IMG/VR virus record: IMGVR_UViG_3300012202_000039
Span: 1 to 64,000 of that record
From: a virus
Direction: 5' to 3' (one strand)
Length of the DNA: 64,000 nucleotides
This document shows positions 8,494 through 17,019 of the stretch, piece by piece; the stretch's first letter is position 1; each line of letters begins with the position of its first letter. The position numbers and the translations under genes are program-made. The notes beneath the pieces were generated by a model, which worked only from the letters and a program-made list of their open reading frames with translations, searched no databases and was not told the origin of the DNA.

Positions 8494-9123
8494 ATGACTT
8501 ATAAAGAACGGATGAAGCGTAATCGTGAACGACATTTAAAAAATAAGATAAAAGAATTAAAACATTGGGAAGATAAAGAGAAACTAGTAGCCAAATTTAA
8601 CGAAAGAGAAGTTTTACTTTCACGACAGCAGCAGATAAAAGAAGTAGATCGTAAAGCTAAACAGGATATCGAAGATTGGATTAAATCTAACAATATTAGT
8701 TTTTCTACTAAAGAATTTAGTAACCTATGGGATAATATTTCTAAAAAATACCATCGTCGTATGATAAAATTGATGATAACCTATTTAGCTTTAGGCGAAG
8801 CTGCTAATAATGCTAATAAAACATTTGAGCATAGTTTCAAGCTAGAAAATTCTGGCTTAGATATCGATGAATTATCCGGGTATCTACTGAAGCTTAGTCG
8901 AATAGATATAGTAAATTTATTAACGCAGGCGATGGATATAGCTCCACAACATAAACAAGATATTAAGCGCAGAGTAATAGCCAAAGAGTTCCCTACTAAA
9001 GATAACTTAACCCCTATAACTAAACCCACGCAAACTAATACTGCACCAACGCAAGATGTTAATAAAGCTATTCACGACGGTATACGTCAAGAAGTCGACC
9101 GTATAAATCGGAGTAATAAATGA
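8494..9123 (+). CDS. Hypothetical coiled-coil protein
   Basis: ORF track; GAGG RBS. Confidence 0.6.
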   Translation: MTYKERMKRNRERHLKNKIKELKHWEDKEKLVAKFNEREVLLSRQQQIKEVDRKAKQDIEDWIKSNNISFSTKEFSNLWDNISKKYHRRMIKLMITYLALGEAANNANKTFEHSFKLENSGLDIDELSGYLLKLSRIDIVNLLTQAMDIAPQHKQDIKRRVIAKEFPTKDNLTPITKPTQTNTAPTQDVNKAIHDGIRQEVDRINRSNK

Positions 9124-9530
9124 TTCATGATAATATACAACGATATTATGAACTAAGTAAAGATAATGATTATTATTCACGTTATTATGTATTGTCTAAG
9201 TTAAGCCAGCAAGTATTATTAAAGAAATTTCCTCCTAAGTACAATAATGTATATTGTCACCATATAACTTGGCGTGGATTACGCGGTACTAATTCTCCAG
9301 AGATTAAATCGGCTAAAGTTATTGGTTACGTCAATAAAAATGATATAGAAGCTTTAATAGTTAGTTTAGATGGTAATATACATCGGGATGATGGTAGTTT
9401 ATATCATATTACTATAAGTTTAGATGAGGCTAAAGGTAGAAAACCAGTAGATAGTAATTCTATACTAAAAGATTACCATAAGATAGATAATCCAATTAAT
9501 ATCAAGTTATCTAAGCCACAGAAACTCTAG
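9120..9530 (+). CDS. 2H phosphoesterase family protein
   Basis: Two hHhT motifs: CHHITW and YHITIS. Confidence 0.7.
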   Translation: MIHDNIQRYYELSKDNDYYSRYYVLSKLSQQVLLKKFPPKYNNVYCHHITWRGLRGTNSPEIKSAKVIGYVNKNDIEALIVSLDGNIHRDDGSLYHITISLDEAKGRKPVDSNSILKDYHKIDNPINIKLSKPQKL

Positions 9531-9539
9531 AGATTAATC

Positions 9540-9836
9540 ATGAATACCGAATCAACAATTAATAATATAATCTCTAAACTTACGGAAAGTCTTTCTCCTA
9601 CTAGTCTCATACTATTCTTAGGTTTAATACTTTTAAGTTTAGTAATACGTAATTTATGGAAAACTTTAGCCGATAACACCGATAAATACTCTAAACAAAT
9701 AGAATCTACTAATAGATTTTTTATTGATAATCTTAAAGAACAAACACAGGCTGTTAATAATTTATCTCATGCCATAGAGTTATTTCGTGTAGAAGTATCA
9801 TCACAGTTAAGATCTACTACTCGTTCAAAATCTTAA
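9540..9836 (+). CDS. Holin-like membrane protein
   Basis: Single N-terminal hydrophobic helix, coiled coil, basic C-terminus. Confidence 0.45.
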   Translation: MNTESTINNIISKLTESLSPTSLILFLGLILLSLVIRNLWKTLADNTDKYSKQIESTNRFFIDNLKEQTQAVNNLSHAIELFRVEVSSQLRSTTRSKS

Positions 9837-9850
9837 AGTCGGATGATATT

Positions 9851-10030
9851 ATGAATTTTATTTATAAACTATTTAGCCATAGAAATAAAATAGATGAAAA
9901 AGATAAAGAAGTACATAATGCTCTACAAGATTATACAATATCTATGGAACGACTTAATAAAGCAGCATCAGAACTGTACGATACCTTAAAAAATAATAAT
10001 CCGGATATTCATCATGGGAATACCACATAA
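9851..10030 (+). CDS. Small hypothetical protein (59 aa)
   Basis: Manual translation MNFIYKLFSHRNK...; fills the gap between neighbouring genes. Confidence 0.55.
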   Translation: MNFIYKLFSHRNKIDEKDKEVHNALQDYTISMERLNKAASELYDTLKNNNPDIHHGNTT

Positions 10031-10442
10031 TATAATTCTAGCTTTAATTAATAGTGTAAGTCCCACAGTTGTGTTAATAGGTTTTATAATTATAACTATA
10101 TACTTTAAATGGATATATAGTATGACTATAGAACGTATTACTAAGAATAAGTCATACCCAGTATTTTTACCTTTAATTCTAGGAATAATATTAGCTTGGC
10201 TAGGTAATGATATACGTACATCTACCGCAGTAGTAGACAGAAGTTTTGCTTTAAAAGTCATACAAGCTAATGATTATACTATTATTTCATACCTACTAGG
10301 TAGTTTTATAGTATACATTGGCGGTCTATTCCACATATTTGGTTTCTTAAAAGCTATAGAATTTAATAAGAAGTACATTCTTTATACATTACTATTACTT
10401 ATATATCCTATTATGTTTATTTTATATCTTTATGTTTTATAA
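10014..10442 (+). CDS. Multi-pass membrane protein
   Basis: About four hydrophobic segments. Confidence 0.6.
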   Translation: MGIPHNIILALINSVSPTVVLIGFIIITIYFKWIYSMTIERITKNKSYPVFLPLILGIILAWLGNDIRTSTAVVDRSFALKVIQANDYTIISYLLGSFIVYIGGLFHIFGFLKAIEFNKKYILYTLLLLIYPIMFILYLYVL

Positions 10443-10929
10443 AAGGAAAGTAATAATGAAAACTTCCGTAGAAATGCATAAAGAAGCTGATAATTTATAT
10501 ACTCAGGCTAATAATATTCGTAATGAAGCTATTAAACTAGAAAAATTAGAAGCAGAGCAGAGACTTAAAAATAATACAACTATTCCAGTAGATCGTAGTG
10601 ATATACAACTATCTATAGATGGATCTGTACCACTTGATAAGTCGCATACTGAAATATTACCTAGTGGTATGCAGAAAGATTATGTAATTCTATCTGAAAA
10701 AGAGCGGACTAAAGGCTTCGTAAGACCTTTTAGAGATGCTTATAGGCACCTAAAGTGTAGTAAGATTACCACAATGAGTCGTGCTATTGCTGAAACTTAT
10801 GCTCGTGATCCTTATTTTTATAGCGGTACATTTTGTTCGAGTTGTAAGGCGCATTTTTCAGTAGGAGAAGATGGAGAATTTACTTGGTATGAAATGGACG
10901 GTAGTGAAGGACCCAAAGTTGGGAAATAA
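10432..10929 (+). CDS. Hypothetical Zn-binding phage protein
   Basis: HLKC...FCSSC ligands; GFVRP and AETYARDP motifs; true start may be the ATG at 10456. Confidence 0.65.
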   Translation: MFYKRKVIMKTSVEMHKEADNLYTQANNIRNEAIKLEKLEAEQRLKNNTTIPVDRSDIQLSIDGSVPLDKSHTEILPSGMQKDYVILSEKERTKGFVRPFRDAYRHLKCSKITTMSRAIAETYARDPYFYSGTFCSSCKAHFSVGEDGEFTWYEMDGSEGPKVGK

Positions 10930-10931
10930 AT

Positions 10932-11135
10932 ATGCAGAATATTTACAAATATTTTAATAGTAGTTCTTCTATACATGAAGAACTAAATAAAGCAGAACTA
11001 TTAATTAGGTCTATTTTGGAGATTATCACGGACGGACCTGATCAATCCGATATAAGTGATGCTCTGGAACGCTTACGTTTTATAAATAAAAATTTATCTG
11101 AATTATATGATAATTGGGATAATCTAGCGGGGTAA
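10932..11135 (+). CDS. Hypothetical protein
   Basis: ORF track. Confidence 0.55.
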   Translation: MQNIYKYFNSSSSIHEELNKAELLIRSILEIITDGPDQSDISDALERLRFINKNLSELYDNWDNLAG

Positions 11136-11137
11136 TT

Positions 11138-11485
11138 ATGTTTACCTATATTAAAAATATTTGGATTGCTTTCGTTAACCTTATTAAAACTATTATTATC
11201 TATAAATTTAATCTAAACATCCAAAATGTTTACCAAGATTTACGCGCGTTAGACCGTCTAGGTAACGCCGTCGGTGATGGTTTACCAACTATGACGATTT
11301 CACAGCGAGCATCCCTATCCCGAGAAGACTATAAAGCAGGCAAAAATAAACGAATATGGGGGTGTGTATGTTGCCGTATATTAGATTGGTTAGATCCCTA
11401 TCATATATGGCCCTTCGATCATTGTAAATTTGCAATTACTGGTGACAATGGTTCGCCTTTAGATCTGACTAAGGTAAAGAAATAA
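11138..11485 (+). CDS. Hypothetical phage protein (Cys-rich C-terminus)
   Basis: LDRLGNA..TISQRA..WGCVCCRILD..DHC pattern. Confidence 0.6.
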   Translation: MFTYIKNIWIAFVNLIKTIIIYKFNLNIQNVYQDLRALDRLGNAVGDGLPTMTISQRASLSREDYKAGKNKRIWGCVCCRILDWLDPYHIWPFDHCKFAITGDNGSPLDLTKVKK

Positions 11486-11737
11486 TTATGTTAAATCTTA
11501 TTAAACGAAGTTGATAATAACGGAGTATACGTACGCGTAAGATTTAGTCTTAAATCGTGTAAATTATTATATGATTGGATATTGTATCCATATACAAAAC
11601 GCCTATTTAGCAGAAGCATTACATTCTACGATTATATATTCTAATAAACCCTTTAGAAATAGTTTATGAAAAACTAGAGGCGATACGAACTGACTTTGAT
11701 GGGACTAAAGGATCTTAATATAACAAAGGAAACAATC

Positions 11738-12715
11738 ATGACGGAAATGGATATTGTTCAAGTAGCAGTTCACAGTCAACCCACGGGTGATAATGGTACG
11801 GGTATTCGTATCACGACGAAAGATGGTAGTTGGGTTATTACTGCCGCTCATATCTTCGCTCAGGCTAATGCCACTACTGATATTCAAGTAGTGCCAATGA
11901 ATCCTAACTTTCCTCAGAGTGATGGTGTAACCGCACCGCCTATTACACCTATTTTATGGCGATTAGATACTAATCAAGATTTAGCTCTAATTACGTTAAC
12001 TCAAAATTCTGTTACGTTAAGTCCAGCTTTACAAGTGGATTTTACCGGAGGCCAGGTAGAAACTGGAGGTTTCCCTGGTACTAGTGGCACTACACCTACT
12101 TATCAAACTGGTGGCGCTACTCCAGTTAATAATACACTACAGTTTGATGCTAATGGTATTGTTATAGTTCAAGGTGAAAGCGGTTCACCCATTGCCATTC
12201 CTAATGGCGGCCCAGTCGTAGGTATAGTAACGCATACTACTTTTGGTACATTACTAAGTGATGCAAATGTAGCCGAAATTCTTAGATGGATTCAACTTGA
12301 TAATGGCGGGCCAAAAAATCCCATTTATCATCTAGTTGGTCCACAAGGATTTAATTTCTATACCCAATATATGACTGAGGTTATGGCTTTAGTTAATAGC
12401 AATAGTGGTTGGCAATTAAAAGGTATTGCTTTTAGTTCTGGTGGTACTATTCCCGTATTTCGTCTAGTTAATACAATCAACGGTTTTCATTTTTGGACTG
12501 CAAGTGCTGCTGAACAAGCAGCGGTATTAAATACTCCAGGATGGCAGTCTGAAGGTATTGGTTGGAATGCCTCTTCTTCAGGTATCGCCGTAAACCGGTT
12601 GTCTAGTAAACTAAATGGCGATCATTCCTATGTAGCTGATCCAGTAGAATTAGCTAACTTACTAGCTACTGGAAACTATAATAATGAAGGTATCTCATTC
12701 TATTCTCCTTTATAA
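11738..12715 (+). CDS. Trypsin-like serine protease with C-terminal DUF5648-like repeats
   Basis: Catalytic TAAH, DLAL and GESGSP; three P(I/V)xRL...HF(W/Y)T...EGI repeats; ATG 11738 follows an AAAGGA RBS. Confidence 0.8.
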   Translation: MTEMDIVQVAVHSQPTGDNGTGIRITTKDGSWVITAAHIFAQANATTDIQVVPMNPNFPQSDGVTAPPITPILWRLDTNQDLALITLTQNSVTLSPALQVDFTGGQVETGGFPGTSGTTPTYQTGGATPVNNTLQFDANGIVIVQGESGSPIAIPNGGPVVGIVTHTTFGTLLSDANVAEILRWIQLDNGGPKNPIYHLVGPQGFNFYTQYMTEVMALVNSNSGWQLKGIAFSSGGTIPVFRLVNTINGFHFWTASAAEQAAVLNTPGWQSEGIGWNASSSGIAVNRLSSKLNGDHSYVADPVELANLLATGNYNNEGISFYSPL

Positions 12716-12728
12716 TATAGGACGTGAG

Positions 12729-13448
12729 ATGTTAAAAATAACTAATGAAAGTAACGAAATCGTTGCAACTGTAAAGGGTGGGTTACTTTATAAAGTAACC
12801 CACCCTTGTGTCATTGCGACTAATGAATTTCATTTAGGTATAGTATTTTATACTTATACTAAAGGTAAGTATATTTACTTATTAAGATTAACTCATCATA
12901 CACCCTTACCATTGACTACCCTAGATTACCAAAAATTATTATCTAGTTCCGTAGCGATAAAAACTAAGAATTATAACGATTGGATGTTACTATTCTTAAC
13001 CTGGAATTATGTTAATAACATAAATAATTACCGGATCAAATTCTATAAATATATACTAACGTCTAATATATCTAAAGATTACCAACAAGTGCCTAATTAT
13101 CTCTATAGAGGTTTAATTTTACCTAAAAGTTCTTTAGCTAGGTTAGAAAATAAGCAATATTTTACATTAAAACCACGTAAAGTGTCATCTTGGTCAACTA
13201 ACATCGACGTAGCCTATACCTTTGCTGAACGACGTTTAGATAAAACTAGTGTGGGTTATGTGATTAAAAAGAAGATTCCTAGTAGTGAGATCCTATTAGA
13301 TATCGATACTCTACTATTAGATTATTTTACTACTGAGGAATATGAAAATTTAAGCGATTACGCTTTAGAGCAAGAATATTTAGTTAAGCAAGAGGATAAA
13401 TCCTTAACTCGTATAGATAGTTCAAACTTAGTTAAAATATACAAATAG
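12729..13448 (+). CDS. ADP-ribosyltransferase (R-S-E clade)
   Basis: LYRG, SSWST and EQEYLV motifs in canonical order; in-frame ATG 12729 avoids overlap with the upstream gene. Confidence 0.7.
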   Translation: MLKITNESNEIVATVKGGLLYKVTHPCVIATNEFHLGIVFYTYTKGKYIYLLRLTHHTPLPLTTLDYQKLLSSSVAIKTKNYNDWMLLFLTWNYVNNINNYRIKFYKYILTSNISKDYQQVPNYLYRGLILPKSSLARLENKQYFTLKPRKVSSWSTNIDVAYTFAERRLDKTSVGYVIKKKIPSSEILLDIDTLLLDYFTTEEYENLSDYALEQEYLVKQEDKSLTRIDSSNLVKIYK

Positions 13449-13513
13449 GTAATAATTATGCAACTATTAAATATATAAAATTTAAACCGGGAGCCTATTA
13501 CTAAGGTATAATT

Positions 13514-15637
13514 ATGAAAACCAAGTCAATTTATAATAAGCCAGAAGTTGATTCCTTATTAAATTTTATGGACAAGGTAGAAGATAATTCTAATACTCCT
13601 AAAAATCAAATAACCTCGTATACTAACCGTGATATAAGAAAGACCATACAACGGGCTATTAATTCTCATGCTCCAATAGCTACAAATCTTAAGATAGATG
13701 ATAAAGATTTCAAACAAGCAGATAATTTCTATAATTTTACTACTATGAAGAAATATGCTCTGACCGACCCACCTTTCGCGATGCAGATGCATATGGTTAT
13801 TCAGGCTTTAGGTGAGTGGAACCCCCTTAAGTCTGACACTAAGTGGTTAAATACTAAATTACAGGCTGATACCCCTTTAGATGAATATCGCGATCACATA
13901 TGTTTATTAAAACAAGGTATATGTCCGAAGACTAAAGTAACCAAATCTGAATTAATTAAACAAAAGATACTTAACCCTTATAGCCAACTAATTGCGTGCT
14001 GGGGTCAGCGCAGCGGCAAGAGCTTAACTATCGCGCAAATTCTAGCATACATGGCTCATGGCCATCTAAAATTACAAAATCCTTCAGAAGTATTTGGCGT
14101 AGCTACGCATGCCTCCCTATTATCTTATTCTTTAGTATCTCTAACTTTTAAACAAGCATTAGAGAACCTTTATCATCCGTTTTATCAAATCGTAGGTGCA
14201 TCAGATTGGTTTCAGAATTATTTCCAAATGTTGGATGAGTACAGCCGTAAACAATCCGTTGAATTATATAAATTCAATGATACATTCTTGTCTTTTCGCT
14301 CACATAATATGATTGTAGCTGTATCTGGGCCAGACAAAAGAATATTACGCGGACGTGCCCGCCCCTTCTTTGCTATAGATGAGGCAGATTGGTTATTTTC
14401 ATCCAATAAGTCTGCTTCAGTAAAATATAACGTTGAGGAGATTTATGCGGCTTTACGGAATAGTATGATGGATATAGTAAGAGGGTGGAAAAATCTTCTA
14501 AATGATGGGTATAATTCTATAGTACCTCCGATGGCGTGTAATATATCTTCACCTTCGTCTAAGTTTGCTTTTATGATACCTATGATTGAGAAATCTAAAC
14601 ATTCTAGGAATATCTTTACTAGTCATCTATCTACACCAGAAGTTAATCCGAAGTTTACCTACGAAGACCTATATGAAGAAATTGTACCTCTACAAGGTGA
14701 AGAAGCATTTTTAAGAGATTTTATGGCGGTGCCGCCGTTATCATCATCTCCTTTTATTAGTGACATACAGAACTTTAAACTAGTAGTTAATCCCAACCGA
14801 GTTAATGGAGTTACGATTAACCAGAAGCAGATGATAGGTAAATCAGATAAATTATTCTCTGTTGGTGGATTCCAAATTGTTGCCGTAGATAATAAAGTAC
14901 CTAAGTTAATGTCGATAGACGCGGGTGAAGTTGACAATAGTTTCGCTTTTACAATCTCTCACAATGAAAAAGTAGATGGTAAATTTAAGCCTATATTTGA
15001 CGTAATGGGGGAAATTATCCCTTCTAAAGAAGCACCAATAAATTTTACGCTAGTAACTGAGCATATATTAATGCCGTTAATTAAGAAGTTTAATGTCAAA
15101 TTTTGCGTATGTGATAGATGGAATAGCATAAAGTTACTCTCTGATTTAGCCCAAGACTGTGATATAGATACCGAAGTATATAGCGTTAAGTATAGAGATT
15201 TCGTATCTTTCCGTGAAGGTATTTATAACGGTAAGTTAGAGCTACCTCGTCCAGAGTTAAAACCTAAGAAAATTTTAACATCTGGCGACGAGGGTTACCC
15301 GTACGGCTTTAAACAATACCCGATATCGCATTTTATCTTCCAATGTCTTACCGTACAAGATCAAGCGGGTAAAGCGGTAACTAAGGGTAAAAATGTTACT
15401 GATGATCTCTTCCGTGCCGCAGTTTTAGCCCATTCTTTTCTCGTTGATGTAGAATACCAAGAGTTATTCGAGGGCACCTCAGCTAATAAAGGTAGTCCCG
15501 GTTTAGCTATTATGGGTAGTTTATCAGGTTTCGGCAGTTATAATCCAGGACAATCTTCAAATATGGGGGTAGTGGGTACTTTATCAGGTACAGGACAATC
15601 TATGGGAACATCTTCCCGTGTTTTTGCACGTAAATAA
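13514..15637 (+). CDS. terL: Terminase large subunit
   Basis: Walker A WGQRSGKS, LRG, Walker B FAIDE, SSP motif, RNase H-like nuclease SIDAG...DRWNS...DDLFRA. Confidence 0.9.
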   Translation: MKTKSIYNKPEVDSLLNFMDKVEDNSNTPKNQITSYTNRDIRKTIQRAINSHAPIATNLKIDDKDFKQADNFYNFTTMKKYALTDPPFAMQMHMVIQALGEWNPLKSDTKWLNTKLQADTPLDEYRDHICLLKQGICPKTKVTKSELIKQKILNPYSQLIACWGQRSGKSLTIAQILAYMAHGHLKLQNPSEVFGVATHASLLSYSLVSLTFKQALENLYHPFYQIVGASDWFQNYFQMLDEYSRKQSVELYKFNDTFLSFRSHNMIVAVSGPDKRILRGRARPFFAIDEADWLFSSNKSASVKYNVEEIYAALRNSMMDIVRGWKNLLNDGYNSIVPPMACNISSPSSKFAFMIPMIEKSKHSRNIFTSHLSTPEVNPKFTYEDLYEEIVPLQGEEAFLRDFMAVPPLSSSPFISDIQNFKLVVNPNRVNGVTINQKQMIGKSDKLFSVGGFQIVAVDNKVPKLMSIDAGEVDNSFAFTISHNEKVDGKFKPIFDVMGEIIPSKEAPINFTLVTEHILMPLIKKFNVKFCVCDRWNSIKLLSDLAQDCDIDTEVYSVKYRDFVSFREGIYNGKLELPRPELKPKKILTSGDEGYPYGFKQYPISHFIFQCLTVQDQAGKAVTKGKNVTDDLFRAAVLAHSFLVDVEYQELFEGTSANKGSPGLAIMGSLSGFGSYNPGQSSNMGVVGTLSGTGQSMGTSSRVFARK

Positions 15638-15668
15638 CATCTAATTTAAATGTAAATAGGAGATATCA

Positions 15669-16061
15669 ATGCCCATTGGTCGTAAATCACATTTAGATGC
15701 ATTATTAGATACCAATTTTGAAACTAACGCTCATGATTCTCAGCGTTATATCAATGATTCTAACGCTTATTATGAATTTATTCCACAAGTGTACCAGAGT
15801 ATTGGTACCCCAGCACTAACTAAACTAATTAGTGCAATTAACGTCGATGTAATGACGCGCTCTTATCTTAAAGACGGGGTAGCTAATTACTTATATCTAG
15901 TTGATAAAGAAATTGCTAAGTTCAACAAAACTATTTCCCTCTACGTCAACGAGCATATGCAATTCAACCCGGAATGTAACCGTTCTAACCTGGTTACACA
16001 GATTAAATCAGCTTTAATGAATAGTTTCAATATTATTAAATCAGTGCTAAAGGGAAAATAA
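15669..16061 (+). CDS. Hypothetical (head module) protein
   Basis: ORF track; AGGAG RBS. Confidence 0.65.
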   Translation: MPIGRKSHLDALLDTNFETNAHDSQRYINDSNAYYEFIPQVYQSIGTPALTKLISAINVDVMTRSYLKDGVANYLYLVDKEIAKFNKTISLYVNEHMQFNPECNRSNLVTQIKSALMNSFNIIKSVLKGK

Positions 16062-16062
16062 T

Positions 16063-16497
16063 ATGTTTCCATTAACAGGTGATCCAGTTAAAAATGCTAG
16101 TAAACCGTATGAACTCCAGCAGGATTTGCCGCTGAAGTTATCACGTTCTCTATTATCTTATGAGGATTGTGGATTAATTTCTGGGTTATTTTCTAGTATT
16201 ACGGAGAGTTTAAATAACCAAGTGTTCCATAACAAAGAGATTCCTACTAGGGTACAGAATCATTTAATTCGGCAATATATTCAGCTTATTGCCAATCTCT
16301 ATCAGATAGATAAGGATTTTATTACTAAGATTTGTACTATCATTACTTCAGAAGAGAAGGTTAGGGCTGATAAGATCACAGCCTTACCTCTATCTAAACA
16401 ACAAACTAAGTTACCTAATGGTGATACTGCGCTAGCGCAGGTGATGGATTGTCTCTATACAATTTTTAATCGTTATTTTAGAAATAAAGGTGTATAA
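16063..16497 (+). CDS. Hypothetical (head module) protein
   Basis: ORF track. Confidence 0.65.
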   Translation: MFPLTGDPVKNASKPYELQQDLPLKLSRSLLSYEDCGLISGLFSSITESLNNQVFHNKEIPTRVQNHLIRQYIQLIANLYQIDKDFITKICTIITSEEKVRADKITALPLSKQQTKLPNGDTALAQVMDCLYTIFNRYFRNKGV

Positions 16498-16658
16498 TGT
16501 TCGACCCGCTCTTTGCTAAACCTCGTAAACAAGCAGTTAAAGCTTCTAACGAAGTTGTAGCTAACGACGTTATCAACTGCAATATCAAAGCTGATGATGG
16601 GCGTATTATTCCAGTACAAGTTAATACTAAAGAGCGTTTAGTATTTCCAACACGTTAA
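16497..16658 (+). CDS. Small hypothetical protein (53 aa, MFDPLFAKPRKQAVKA...)
   Basis: Manual translation; TAATG coupling; AAGGTG RBS. Confidence 0.65.
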   Translation: MFDPLFAKPRKQAVKASNEVVANDVINCNIKADDGRIIPVQVNTKERLVFPTR

Positions 16659-16668
16659 GAGGTATCTT

Positions 16669-16986
16669 ATGTCTAAAGTTAAGTCTAAGTATTGTAATAT
16701 TCCTATTCACACTGATGAAATCTGGCAGAGAATATTAACTTCAAATTATATCGATAAAATGTTAGCTGAAATAATTACGCCTAAACTAATAGTAGCGGGT
16801 AAGGGCTGGAAAGAAGTTCAGAATCCCAAGGAATTTATATACAACGATATTAGTGGTAAAACTACATTTCGGGGTATAGAAGTTAATTACAATATTCTAT
16901 TTTTATCTGCTGTTGGGTTATCTGAGGATTATTCACTAGGAGCGGTTAAAAACGGAGAGAGTAGATATCTAGAATTCTCTTACTAA
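16669..16986 (+). CDS. Hypothetical protein
   Basis: ORF track; GAGG RBS. Confidence 0.6.
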   Translation: MSKVKSKYCNIPIHTDEIWQRILTSNYIDKMLAEIITPKLIVAGKGWKEVQNPKEFIYNDISGKTTFRGIEVNYNILFLSAVGLSEDYSLGAVKNGESRYLEFSY

Positions 16987-17019
16987 TGAATATTTATTCA
17001 ATTAATTTCTGTATAAGGA

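Noticed and set aside
11488-11737. ncRNA or small ORF in the gap before the protease
   Set aside because: Only short ORFs without a clear RBS and weak hairpins; nothing supportable beyond a TGTAAAT motif
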